The translations under genes were made by a program, and so were the position numbers. From positions 43,338,001 through 43,402,000 of the forward strand of contig OZ336880.1 in NCBI GenBank assembly GCA_965287045.1: 64,000 bases of DNA, in the 5' to 3' direction. Below the pieces are notes generated by a model. The model did not search any database, was not told where the DNA came from, and worked only from the letters and a program-made list of their open reading frames with translations. This document shows, piece after piece, positions 36,713-49,316 of this stretch (position 1 is the stretch's first letter; each line of letters opens with the position of its first letter). This DNA comes from Carcharhinus amblyrhynchos. Its lineage: Eukaryota.

Positions 36713-37774
36713 TATTTCAAAAGATATCACATAAAATTGATATTGGATATGCTTCCTGATATTCTCATGCCTGATATGATAATATATAACGTGCGCACAG
36801 CACAAAGTTGGAAGCCTGACCTCCTTTCAATAAATGTGTATTTGAGAGAACTAACAATCCAATTGACTGTCATTTTACACTGGCAGCACAGCTACCAGGG
36901 GAAATGGAATGATAGCAGGGTCAACTCAAAAGTGAAATGAAATGAAGAAAACAGCGTAGAGTTTGAGACTGCAGTTCAAACCAAATGAGAAGTGGTTTGA
37001 GTTCACTTTGTGCACAATTTGTAAGAGGAGCAACTGAAGAGTTGCTCTTGATGGCGGTGATTTGATTCCGCTCGAAGAGAGGCCGCAGCCATGAGGGACC
37101 CTCAGGAAAAGCTGGCAGGAAGGTGTAACAGGGTGGAGGGGGCCACAGAGGTAGTTCACTCATGTGGAGGCTCCTCAAGACTTGGTATTTTATCACTCTG
37201 TGTCATTTCACATCATACCCCATGCCATTTAACTGTTACAACCTTCATGTGCCAACCAGCCAAAAGATGTCAAGGACCCTTGAGTTGTCATTGCGGTCGT
37301 GCTCGGTGCGTACTCTCCTGGCTAACTATTGCAGCACACAGCAAATGCATGTCCTCCCATAGGTATGCCCCCACTGCCACATTGAGTTGTTCACTTACCT
37401 TTGTGAACATGGAGATGGCTGTTTAGTCTTCTATAGCACTGTGGCTAGGTTTTTTGGGTAACCCAAAGCTTATGGACCTACTTGGCCACCTGAAACCAGG
37501 CTGGCTTGTTCAGGAACAGAGGTCTCCTTTTCACATCCCACGTTAAGAGGACTTCCCGTCATTCAGTCAAAGCCTGGACAATAGCATGCAGTGAGTATGT
37601 GGCTGCCCATGCCTGTGCCTCTGACATTGATCCAGGTGGGCTGACGTGTGGCCTTTTTTACCAACTGGGGACAGTCAATAGTCATGGTGAGCACCTCAAG
37701 AGGACTTGGGCTATCAAGGTTTGTGATAGCACTTTTATATGCAGCAGTTACTCAATACATCGCCACTGCCCATA

Positions 37775-38422
37775 CCCTCGTGTCACTGCCCTCGTGTCAC
37801 TTCCATCGTGTCACTGCCCTCATGTCACTTCCATCGTGACACTGCCCTCGTGTCACTGCCCTCGTGACACTGCCCTCGTGTCACTGTCCTCGTGTCACTG
37901 CCCTCGTGTCACTGTCCTCGTGTCACTGTCCTCGTGTCACTGCCCTCGTGTCACTGCCATCGTGACACTGTCCTTGTGTCACTGCCCTCGTGTCACTGCC
38001 CTCGTGTCACTGCCCTCGTGTCACTGACCTCGTGACACTGTCCTCGTGTCACTGCCCTCGTGTCACTGACCTCGTGTCACTGCCCTCGTGTCACTGCCCT
38101 CGTGTCACTGCCATCGTGACACTGTCCTCGTGTCACTGCCCTCGTGACACTGTCCTCGTGTCACTGCCCCCGTGTCACTGCCCTCGTGACACTGTCCTCG
38201 TGTCACTGCCCTCGTGTCACTGCCCTCGTGTCACTGACCTCGTGTCACTGTCCTCGTGTCACTGCCCTCGTGACACTGCCCTCGTGTCACTGCCCTCGTG
38301 TCACTGCCCCCGTGTCACTGCCCCCGTGTCACTGCCCTCGTGTCACTGCCATCGTGACGCTGTCCTCGTGTCACTGTCCTCGTGTCACTGCCATCGTGAC
38401 ACTGTTCTCGTGACACTGTCCT
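37775..38422 (+). repeat. Minisatellite, 14-bp unit CTCGTGTCACTGCC, ~46 copies
   Basis: Directly visible tandem array with variants (GTGAC, TGTCC, CCATC). Confidence 0.97.
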
Positions 38423-38429
38423 CCATAGA

Positions 38430-39120
38430 CTTGCTGATCACTGCCAGGAGACCACTAAACCTCATGTTGGCGCTCCTGCCTGGCCATCGCTCACCCTATT
38501 CAGCCATTGCTTCTGATTTCGCCCGCCCCCGCCAATTGCACCCCCCAGCAGAGTTCCCTCTCACCCACACATGCGGAATTTGCCCCCTGTCCCCTCTTCC
38601 ACTGCCATAGCTCCACCCCACTCTGGCCCCACCACCACTCTGGCTCTGCCCCTTGGCACTGCCCTGGAACAGCTAGGGTGTCCCAATGGGCAGTCCCAAT
38701 GTGCCTGGTGGGCCGTGCCAGAGTGCCTAGTGAATACTGCCAGGGTGCCAGGTGGGCAGTGCCAGGGCACCAAATGAGCTCTGCCAGGCTAGGACTATCC
38801 CATGGGGACTGCTTGGCCCTGTTCCCGACCACCAGGGGCTTCAATAGCATCCAATCCCTCTGGCAAAGTCATCACATCTGATTCCCATTAATGGGGGAAC
38901 AATACATGAATCTCACCAGGGAGAACCTTGGCCTGTGAGGTAAGTGAGTCCAGATGATAGTATCCAGGACTTGTTAATGAAAGGGTGACATGCACATTTT
39001 GCCAGGATTGATATGATTGGAAAGGTGCAAAACTGAGCATGAACCTGATTTTTTTGCCTCCCAGCCAATCTTACCACCTCGCCTTGCTGAAAGTCAGGTG
39101 GGATCAGGTCCTAAGTTCAC
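38430..39120. mobile_element. GC-rich non-autonomous DNA transposon-like repeat
   Basis: GGCACTGCC/GGCAGTGCCAGGG motifs like those in 21080-22030. Confidence 0.4.
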
Positions 39121-39539
39121 GCCCTTATTCATTTTTTGGGAAAATTGTGGCCTGTGTGTATTCTTGAAGCTACTTAGAGGTGGGATCTGCACATGTGGAA
39201 ACATCAAGGACTCAGGGAGGAGGAAAGACTGACACAGATGCTGGAGGGCAAGACCGCACATGAGAACTGATGCAAAGGATGCAGGTTAGGTCTTTGATGG
39301 AGCAGTCCACAGATAAAGGCAGAAATGTTTTGTGAATACAACCCAAATTCCCCAGTCTTAACCACACTCATACTTTGTCTCGGATACAGACCAATGTAGC
39401 ATATTCTTCACCACAATGCTGAAATAAAGGCCACCTCAAAACCAACATTGAAAACTAACTTTATAAATCAAACCATCCAATATTCCAGGCAAAATTCAAC
39501 TACTTAAGCTTGTGTACTCATTTAGTCTGTACCCTCAAT

Positions 39540-40625
39540 GTGTCAGAGATAGTTTTATATGAGATATATTTGTATTGTTAAATATCAGAAATAAGGTATA
39601 GTTTTAAGCAGGTTTAATTCAGTGTTGCTGTGTAAGGAAAGACAAACTTATATTTAGATTCATGCTATCAAAGGTGTTTGTGTGTGTGGGGGTTTGTTCA
39701 GTTCTATTGTGCTTAGAGTGGGTTATGGCATGTAAAGTAAACAAGCTGAGAGAAATAAAAGTCATTGCTTTGCAACTCAAGGGCACCTTTAGGATAAGGA
39801 TTCGTTTTGAGTTTAGTTTTAACTGGGTTTATTGCAGTTGGTTTTAGAAGGCTAGAGATGGAACATCTCTCTCAGTTTTGTTCAAAGCAGAAAACCCATA
39901 TAATGGAATAAGGCATACAACACCAAACTCCAGAGGTACTAAAGGAGCATTCTAGAAACCAGAGAATGGAAGAGAAGCTCCAGGATATCAATATAAAAAG
40001 GAACAAACAGGAATGATCTTGAGAACAGGATACTGCTTATGAAGCTCAAAATCAGACCTGGGAAGAGAAGAGCTGATGAGGCTGGCTACAGACGTGCCAC
40101 ATATCAGAAGCAATTGTAAGGTCTGATGTCCTTATTTCCTGTGTTTGAAATAATAATATTCTGTTGGGGGCTGACTACCTGAATTTGAATTTTGAGTGCA
40201 TGCTTCAAGATAAAGGAAGCCTGAAAGGGGAGTTGGATAACTTGGTGCTGGATTCCTCATTAAAAGTGAAGTGGAAGCTTTATTTGAAAGGATATTGGAA
40301 AACCTGAAACAAATTTTTAATGCAAACAATTGATGGAAAGCATTTTAAAGTGTGTCTTTTCTGGGAGTGGAGCCTGGAAACGTTCATATGACAATCATCT
40401 AGGGGGATGGGGAGCTACAAAAAGGAATCCATGGAAGATCAGAATGCAGTGTTTTTTTGTAAACATTTGAATACATTTGTGAGGCTAAGCAGGGAGTAGA
40501 GGTGTTGTATCATAATCAAACTTTTAATAGTTAAGCTTTTTTATTGTTGTTAAAAAAAAACTAATTAGCAGTTCTGTGATGCTGTTGCCTCACATTTTCT
40601 AAAAAAATAAAATTTACAATCTTTT
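39540..40625 (+). mobile_element. Probable long solo LTR remnant
   Basis: Starts TGTCA, with composition typical of shark LTRs and AATAAA near the end. Boundaries are uncertain. Confidence 0.3.
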
Positions 40626-41542
40626 GAGGAATTTTCCTGTCCAATAGTAACACCAACTGGGACTATAACATCTGTGCCTTTGCCTTTTCTTGTGCTCCAA
40701 TGCATTGCTACCCCACTGACTGCAGCATAGTGTTTCACAGGCCTGCCAGGAACCCAGCTGCCACTGTCAAGGACCATGAGGGAGTCTGGTACCAACCATG
40801 GTCAGCACCTTACACAGAGTTTGGAGCCCACCCATTCCAGCACGGAGGTGGTGGGCAATTCTATTTGTACGCTTGTGGATCCAACAATGATTCAAAAGGA
40901 TTAGCCGTCCAATGCCTGGGTGTTAAGTGGAAAGTCAGACCAACTGGTTACAATGCAAACTCAGATGGCTCCTATTATAGACATATGCAAAAAACTTTCT
41001 GGGTCTCTCCACAGTTCAACAAACTCTCCACACATTGCTAGGATTGTGGAGATACCCCTGCAGGAGTGTGGCAGTGATTCCATGGGGCACAAACTTACTG
41101 TTCTATCTCAGGGTGACAATACTCGCCCCCGTTTCACTGTCTCTCCAGCTGTACCCTAGCTATTGCCTGTTTACCATCCAGCCCAGACTGCTGTTGCCTT
41201 TGTCGACATAGTGTCATCTGCCACCAGGCTTTCTAAAGTCTGAGCTGCTCAAGCCCATCCTCCAACACCACTGAAAGCCAATAACCCCTTCAGCAGCCAT
41301 GCAACAGCTACTGAGGTAGCACAGTGTAGGAGCACTAGAACAAGCTAAGGCTTATAAAAGACACACAGTAAGGGAATGCACAAGCTTGATGGTTGACTTT
41401 TGTATGTAATATTGGATAGTTTGATTTATAAATTTGGTTTGGAATCTTGGTTTTAAGATGGCTGTAACTTTAGTATTCTGGCTTTTATCACTGACAAAAT
41501 GTATGCATTTTACTGTTTCCCATGATCAAAGTATTTTAATGT

Positions 41543-42500
41543 GTGATGTCAGTGTATTTGATCCAATTTAAATGATATCAGCAGCAAGATTTAGTGATTT
41601 TAAAAATAAAAGAATATTATTTGTTATCACATACTTGGCCAGAGATATAACACAGCACACACACTACCATACACACAAAAATTAGATGCAGATCAGGGAA
41701 AGAAGTATGATTACAACCTGGAATTATTTCAGTCTCTTTCACAACAGGCCTATGCTTTATTAGATGGATTGACACTTCAGGTGTAAAAGTAAAGGATTCT
41801 CAGTGAGCTGTGAGACACCTTGTAGTTGGATTGCCAAGAGTTTGGCTCTTGGCTGATCTAAAAATTTGAACAGGCTGGAGAGAGAATCATTTTCCCACTT
41901 TTAGGATATAGCTTTATGTTACCATGACTATGTTATTGTCTTGTAGCAGATTTGATGGCTTAGATGATGTTTCTGATGGTATCTGACCCAGAACAGCTTC
42001 TGCTATTATGTTTTAAAAGCAGGAACAGACATGCCTGCCTTACCTGTGTGACCTGTTACAAGTCTAAAATCCTTTTCCAAATAAGCTGATGTTTAAGATT
42101 GGTAACTATCCCATGTTGTTGTTTTAGACAGTCAAGGTCATAGTACTTGGATGACAAACCAAAACAATACAATGAAAGGTTGATAAGATCAATCCCGTAT
42201 TTGTCTAACAGCCATTGAATTTCAATGTATCTTTTGTTCAAGATGAAACAGAATAATGAGCTGGCTGGTATATTGTAGTCCTTTCTGTTGATGGGTCCAT
42301 CCTTAACAAAGTGAATTTTACTACCGGCTGGGTTTTTCCACAAAGTGACTAGGTATTTGCTTGAGTTTCAGGCCTGTCTGGAACTGATGCAAGTCACGTG
42401 ATATGCTACAGCCATCTTAAACAGTTTTTAGTGTGCACTTTTCTTTAAGTACAAAGTTGAAATTTGTAATGTGTTCATGCCTGTACTGAACATTGTGACA
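41543..42500 (-). mobile_element. Probable solo LTR
   Basis: TGTGA...GTGACA (TG..CA) termini, no ORF, LTR-like composition. Confidence 0.3.
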
Positions 42501-42884
42501 TTGTAATAGAGGGAAGTTAAGGCATGAGACTGTCTATGCATGGGGAACTGGGATTGCATTCACAGTATTGCTGACAGCTCAGCCAGAAAGCAGACTACGT
42601 TGATTACCTCCTAGTTTCCCTCCTCTTCTTCTCTTTATCTTCTCCTTTTCCTCCTCCGTCGTGTGCTTGCCCCATCTGTTTTTCTCCAGCAAGAGAGAAT
42701 TAAATGTATTCGTTTCTCGTCACATCAGGGAGCTCCCTCACACATTTGTGAATGGAAAATAGGCAGATGTTGAAAATATCATGCGCGTCAGCCTGGTAGA
42801 AACATGATGCAAAAACTATTCATGGCCCCCGGTCACTCTCACAGCAACTAGCAATGCCATCCTCACCCTGCTCTGAGACAACAC

Positions 42885-42900
42885 TGACAGATTTATGGCC
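42885..42900 (+). promoter_or_regulatory. Composite Meis + Pbx/Hox-like motif TGACAGATTTATGGCC
   Basis: TGACAG overlaps AGATTTATGG within unique sequence at 42500-43000. Confidence 0.35.
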
Positions 42901-44917
42901 GGCAAATTTCGCTGAGCACCTCCTTTGTGAAGCGGGGATAATCGACAAGGTCAGGGCAAGAGAAATGCTCCCTGAGAAACCTGGTTGATGGAATCTGTGC
43001 TTTTAAAGTCTGAAATTTGGAAACTAAACTTTCTGGGGAGACTGAAGCTGCTTTTTTCGTTCATTCATGGGATGTGGGCATCGCTGGCTGGGCCAATATT
43101 TATTGCCAATCCTCCTAACCTGCACATGTTTGGACCGTAGTAGGAAACTGGAGCATCTGGAGGAAACCCATGCAGACACGAAGCCTGTTTCTAAACTGCC
43201 CAGATTTTGATGATCCCTTTAAATCTTTCCAGCCATGCATTCATCTGATCTCCATCTATTAGCCCTGACCCTCACTCCGCCACCCTCGATCTTTCATCTG
43301 CTATCTTCAGCTTTCAAGATCTCACCATTGATCTTCCCTGTGTAACCCTATATCTCTGCACAATCACGCTAGACCGTCTACCTGTGGGTATTCACCTTCT
43401 CCATGTAATCCATTTTCCTCCCTCTATGTGCTACAAGCTTCATAGGTCCATCAGGACCCACCCTCCCTCCCTGGGTCAAGTAAGTGCTGATCTCCCTTGC
43501 ACAGTAAGCACCACCCCTGCCTCCTTTTCTCCCTCAGGCTGCCATGCCCTGTTCTCCTTGCCCCGCTATCATCTAATCTCAGCGAATCAAAGCCTCCTCT
43601 CCTGTGGTCCAGAAAAGCACTCCATGAAAGTAAAACCGCTCCTGGTCAATCCAATTCCAGCAGGAAACCATGCCTGCACACTCCACCTTTAACCAGCCAT
43701 GAAACTGAAAGCACATGTTTCTCATTCACTCCAAAGTTCATTTCAAATGTACACTTTAATCTGGTTGAATTAGTGTGTAAAACAAATAGCTTCTCACCAT
43801 TGGGAAGCTCAACCCACCTTCAATCCGGCACCACTTTATTTCCCTGCTTTTCTCCTGCCATTGGGAAGCTGACATATCAGCTCCCACACAATTAAATTCC
43901 CTCGCCTGCCTCATTTCCCATTGCTGGTGGCAGTACAAAGTCCCAACGTATGAGCAACCTTCAGAGTCAGCAATGAAGTTTTCCTTAAAGAGAAAATCTC
44001 CAAAATCTATGTACAGATTGCATTTAATTTTGTACAAAATATATTTTTTGTATAAATCTCAATATTACAGTCATGATTCTATTATTCAGGTTTTTTTTGC
44101 TTTGCAATAATATTGTAATGTATTGATTGGAGTGTGTCATCACTGAAGGTGTTCTATACAGCTCACTCTCCTACACTAATAAATATCTGTTAAAATAATC
44201 AAAGACTTTACCATATTATTGGCAATTTGTCTGTCTCTATCAATCCCTCTTGCATACTGTGCTGTAAATAGTGAAGGTTTTAAAGTGTGTAGCTCGTTTT
44301 GTATATCAACTTAGTGCTGTTCATAGCGACACTGATGCTGGTTAGTTGTGTCAGAAACAAAAGCAGCATTTTCTATAAAGACCTTTATTAGGGCTGCCAC
44401 TTTATGTAGATATTATTTGGATTTGGTTTAAGTTGCTTCTGTTGTGCAGGTAGTCAATCTTGTGCCGTACAGATCATAAATAAATAAAACATTTTGAAAA
44501 AATGTATCCATCCTTGTTATTATCATTCATTGACTGGATTCTGTCATCCAACCATGCTTACTATTGCTCTGTAATTCTCGGGTGAGGTCACTAATCGGAT
44601 ACTCTCAATATATAATTTGGCATGTCTACATTTTATTCTCCATCTGTACATTGGTAATTACTATATACAAGTAAGGACACATCTTACTAGTGACTGTTAT
44701 AGTATTGCATGTTTCTGGAGAGCATTAAAATGTTTTCCATACTTATAGTCTCCAGTAAATAAAAAGCTGTGAAAATAAATATCTATTGTAATATAATTGC
44801 CAAATGTAATTCTGATGGTTTTAATGAAATACGCAGTGTGCAAGTGTAGAAAGGGTAGCACAGCATCCGGAGCAGTGGGGTTCCATTCTTTTTCACTTGA
44901 AGTCTGCTTGGAGGCCA

Positions 44918-45083
44918 TTAAGTTGAACTTTCTCTATACCCTAGCTATGACTGTAACACAACATTCTGCACTCTCTCCTTTCCTTCTCTATGTATGGTAT
45001 GCTTTGCCTGTAAAGCGTGCAAGAAACAATACTTTTCACTCTATACTAATACATGTGACAATAAGAAATCAAATCAAATCAAA
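44918..45083 (+). mobile_element. Rex1/Babar-type LINE 3' UTR fragment
   Basis: Reverse-complement homologue of 22368-22525, ending AAATCAAATCAAATCAAA. Confidence 0.8.
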
Positions 45084-45921
45084 GTTTTTCCTATAAAGAG
45101 GGAGGGAGGATGAACCAACTGCATCAGGCTGCTCACACTGCTCCCCTGGTAACCACTTTCAGGATAGGATAGAGGCCTGTGAACTGGTTTCTCACGTGTC
45201 CTTACACAAAGCATTGTGTTTGGCACAAGTAGGTGAAGTAGATAAATAAAAGGAAGATATTTTTTGTCTCTAAAATGTCATGGTCAGGAAGAAATAAATT
45301 ACATAACAGTGCGACACTCAGGTTATTCCATTTATCAATCCTAGTTAAGGAATAAACTGAGGACTCCTTTGTTATCCATTATGTGTCAAATGTAAATAGT
45401 TTATAGAAATGTCAAGTTCATTATTTACTGTAGGAGCTACATGGAAAATTGATAAATCTTCCAAGCTCTTGCTGAACACATTACCCACCCTTATTCAATC
45501 TACTACATCAGAGACCCTTCCTGGAGCTTATAAGACATAAATTCTGCAGCATCATGTCATAGACAACGCAGCCTTAAAATATTACATTATTTGCATAAAT
45601 TCAAAGAAAATGGCATTCGTTACAACCAGCTCCAGATGTGGTCTCCCAAAATGGTTGATCCAGGAGAGGCCCTTCAATTTGTCACTGTCCGGCTGGGATA
45701 CCCCACAGTCGTTAGATAACCCAAAACCCCACTGAGGTGCAGTGACTGCCTCCTTGTCTTTATTCAACCCAGCTTCTGATGGCACCAATAAAGCTTTAAT
45801 CTAACAAGTTCCCTTTCCCTTGGATACCTTTTCCAGACCCAATAGCTACGTTTAAAAAGGAGCCAATTTAAGCAAGCTTTCTCATGTTAAAATAACGTTT
45901 ATTAACTACTAAAAAGGTAAG

Positions 45922-46150
45922 AATGATGTGGAGTTGCTAGCGTTGGACTGGGGTAAGCACAGTAAGTAGCACGAGCTATCAGAGCATTGCCCCTTCATCA
46001 GGTGAGTGAAGAATTCGGTTCACAAACAGGGCATATATAGACACAAACTCAATTACAAGATAATGGTTGGAATGCGAGTCTTAACAGGTAATCAAGTCTT
46101 CACAGATGCAGACAATGTAAATGGCGAGAGGGTTAAGCACAAATTAAGAA
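45922..46150 (-). mobile_element. Penelope-like terminal repeat fragment with mutated hammerhead
   Basis: Homologous to 47255-47500 and 47965-48001. Reverse strand CAC-CTGATGA-AGGGGCAATGCTCT-GATA-GCTC-GTG (GAAA>GATA). Confidence 0.8.
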
Positions 46151-47254
46151 GGTAAGGAGAAATGGTAAAACACATGCACCTATGTTCATATGGATTCAAA
46201 ATAAGACTTGAGTCCAATAGTAAGTAAACAGAAATAAAAAGTTTTACAGAACAGTCCTGAGTTGTGGAGAGTAGATGTGATGACATGTTGTGGCTGATAA
46301 CAGGTTGATTCCAGTCATTGAGTCTTGGGTTCAGGTGTTGTGTAGTTCAGTAGAGAGATTTCAGTTCCAGCTGTGATCCTTCTGCCAGCTGATAGAATTT
46401 CACATTATGTCATGGAGAGGATAACAGACCATGCAATTAATCGAGAGCATTGCAGAAGTGTACTGCAGATTGCCATCCAATTGATCCAGACGCAAACATC
46501 ACATCTTCAGAAACCCGAGGTCCCTATTCAGTGGTGTTTTTAGTGAGCAGTTAGTTCAAGATGTAGCACCTCTGCAGTTTTGTTCCAGAAAAGGGGTGAG
46601 TAGCTATCCCTTCATTAAGGGTTATATCTTATCTCCTGGAGATGGAATGAAGATCTGTATCACCCGGGAAGACCAGAGGATGAAGGTGTCATGGCAGCTG
46701 CCAGGAAGACAAGTGCACACATACACGTCGCTCTTTTTTTGGTCACAGGACCCCATCAGCTAGCATCCTCCCAATGCTCAGGTGTTCCCCCAGGTGTGCT
46801 TGGCAGCCTTGATTCGTATTACCCTGCAATGGCAGCAGAGTGAGAACACCCTGTACTGTTCAAATGCTTACTGACTACTCATCCCACAACCCTTTCTGGC
46901 CTGATGTCAGCTACATGCCAATGGCCAAGTCCTCTTCTGCTACTGTTCACCCTTTCATGGGGGCCTTTCAGGCAGGCCTTGCATTAACATTGCTGCAGCT
47001 TCCTCTTGAGGTACCCCAATGTCATCTCCACAATGAGGACCACTATAGGCACATGTACAAGTAGACAAAAGCAGAGGCCACCAAATTTTCTGACTGGGTC
47101 CCGCTGTTTGCCAACCTCCATGTGCCTGGTCGGCCTCTGATAGTCCACCACTGTCTGAACGTGCCTGTCAACAAGGTCCCAATGAAATCTTTGATGATAT
47201 TAATTGCCATTGTTAATGGTGGGCCCTCCCCCTACCCTGGTGAAACTTGCAGGT

Positions 47255-48000
47255 ACAGTAAGAAGCCTCACAACACCAGGTTAAAGTCCAACAGGTTTAT
47301 TTGGTAGCACAAGCCACTAGCTTTTGGAGAACTCGCTGTTCCTTCATCAGGTAAGTGGGAGTTGTGTTCACAAACAGGGCATATAAAGACACAAACTCAA
47401 TTTACAAAATAATGATTGAAACCGCATGTTTACAAGTAATCAAGTCTTAAAGGTACACGCAGTGCGAGTGGAGAGAGCATTAAACACAAATTAAAGAGAT
47501 GTGCATTGTCTCCAGACAGAACAGTTAGTGAAATTTAGCAAGCCCAGACAAGTCATGGGGGTTACAGATAGTGTGACATGAACCCAAGATCCCAGTCAAG
47601 GCCGTCCTCACGTGTGCGGAACTTGACTATCAGTCTCTGCTCAGCAACTCTGCGTTGTCATGTATCGTGAAGGCCTTTTACTTGCAAAATCTCACTAAAT
47701 GTCCTGTCTGGAGACAATACACATCTCTTTAACATGTGCTTAACCCTCTGTCCACTCACATTGTGTGTACCTTTAAGACTTGATTACTTGTAAACACTCG
47801 CATTCCAACCATTATTTTGTAAATTGAGATTGTGTCTTTAAATGCCCTGCTTGCGAACAGAACTCCCACTTAGCTGACGAAGGAGCAGCGCTCCGAAAGC
47901 TACTGGCTTTTGCTACCAAATAAACCTGTTGGACTTTAACCTGGTGTTGTGAGGCTTCTTACTGTGTTTGTCCCAGTCCAACGCCGGCATCTCCACATCA
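47255..48000. mobile_element. Penelope-like element end with inverted pseudo-LTRs and GIY-YIG ORF C-terminus
   Basis: Inverted arms at 47255-47542 and 47681-47965. The spacer on - encodes QRRVAEQRLIVKFRTREDGLDWDLGFMSHYL*. Flanking near-direct repeat TGAAACTTGCAGGTAC (47241) / TGAAAGCTGCAGGTAC (48001). Confidence 0.9.
47871..47905 (+). ncRNA. Minimal type I hammerhead ribozyme motif (Penelope-associated)
   Basis: TAG-CTGACGA-A-GGAGC-agc-GCTCC-GAAA-GC-TA-CTG: intact CUGANGA and GAAA core, 5-bp stem II, palindromic AGCU stem III, short stem I. Confidence 0.75.
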
Positions 48001-48847
48001 TGAAAGCTGCAGGTACCAGACCAGGCTTTGGAAATCCAGCACACTGGCTAGCCTCAGTATTTCCCCTTCCCACTCCAATCGGGACCTGAAAATTCAACAT
48101 GAGGAACATACATATGCGGCTTGGACAACATTTTGCACCCAAAATGAGACCCATAATGTTGAAAGTACAGACACTACATAACTCACTTTTGAAGACTTTT
48201 AAGTCCAACTAAGAGGGTAGATGGAGCCTCAGTTTAAAAGACAGCAGCCGGAATTCTCTGACCTCACCCGTAGCTGGGACTCTCCAGTCCTGCTGCTGTG
48301 AATAGAGCTTTGGCTGAGCACCAAATTCTCCATTAGCAGGGCATGCGAGACACAGTGTGGCACTTCTTCAGGACTGCACAGGAATGTCAGATTGGATTAA
48401 GTCTGCAGATATCTCAAGAAGGGTTTGAACCCACAGCTTGCCGATTCAGAGACAGGCTGCTACCACTGAGTTTCGACTTAGATTTAAAAACAGAAAATGT
48501 TGGAAATGGAGATTTATACTTTTCCAGCATTTTCTTTTTCAGTTTTCAATAGTATCTTTTACTATCCTCTTATTTGATTGGTATACTATTTTAGGCAATT
48601 ATCTGAAAATCTTGAGAGGTTATCGTTAATGTTTTTAATTTCCCTTGCTGATTGATTTTCCACATCACACAACACAGTAGAAGATGCCACTATCTGATTA
48701 GCTGCTCTTCTCTTGATATTATTCTTCTTTATTCATATCATGCTAAATAAAGCTAACTTGTAATCATTAAATTAGAATCAGTCCATGATGTGTCAACTTA
48801 GGAGCACTTAGGAGTTCATTCACCTCCAACACCATATCAAGATGTTG

Positions 48848-49316
48848 CTGACGGTGGCACAGTGGTTAGCACTGCTGTCTCACCATGCCAGGGAACTGGG
48901 TTCAACTCGGGTAACAGTCTGTGTGGAGTTTTCATGTTTCTTTCATAAATAAAATGGGAATAGAGGGATATGGTCCCTGGAAGAGTAGGTGGTTTTAGTT
49001 CAGTCGGGCAGCATGGTCGGTGCAGGCTTGGAGGGCCAAAGGGCCTCTTCCTGTGCTGTAATTTTCTTTGTTCTGTGTTTGCTCTTTGATCTCTCCGTTT
49101 CTGCGTGGGTTTGCTCCGGGTGCTCCAGTTTCCCACCACAGTCCAAAAATGTGTGGGCTAGGTGGATTGGCCATGGTAAATTGCCCCTTAATATCAGGGT
49201 GATTAGCAAGGTAAATATGTGGGTTTGCAGGGATAGGGCGTGGGTGGGATCGTGTTGGCACAAGCTTGATAGGCTGAATGGCCTCTCTCTGCACTGTAGG
49301 GATTCTATAATTCTAT
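48848..49316 (+). mobile_element. HE1-like V-SINE split by a CR1 3' tail insertion (~48955-49090)
   Basis: Head GGTGGCACAGTGGTTAGCACTGC. The V-domain resumes at ~49091, and the tail is CTGTAGGGATTCTAT. Confidence 0.85.

Noticed and set aside
37506-38610. Cys/His-rich metal-binding protein ORFs
   Set aside because: These are translations of a stop-free 14-bp minisatellite in several frames.
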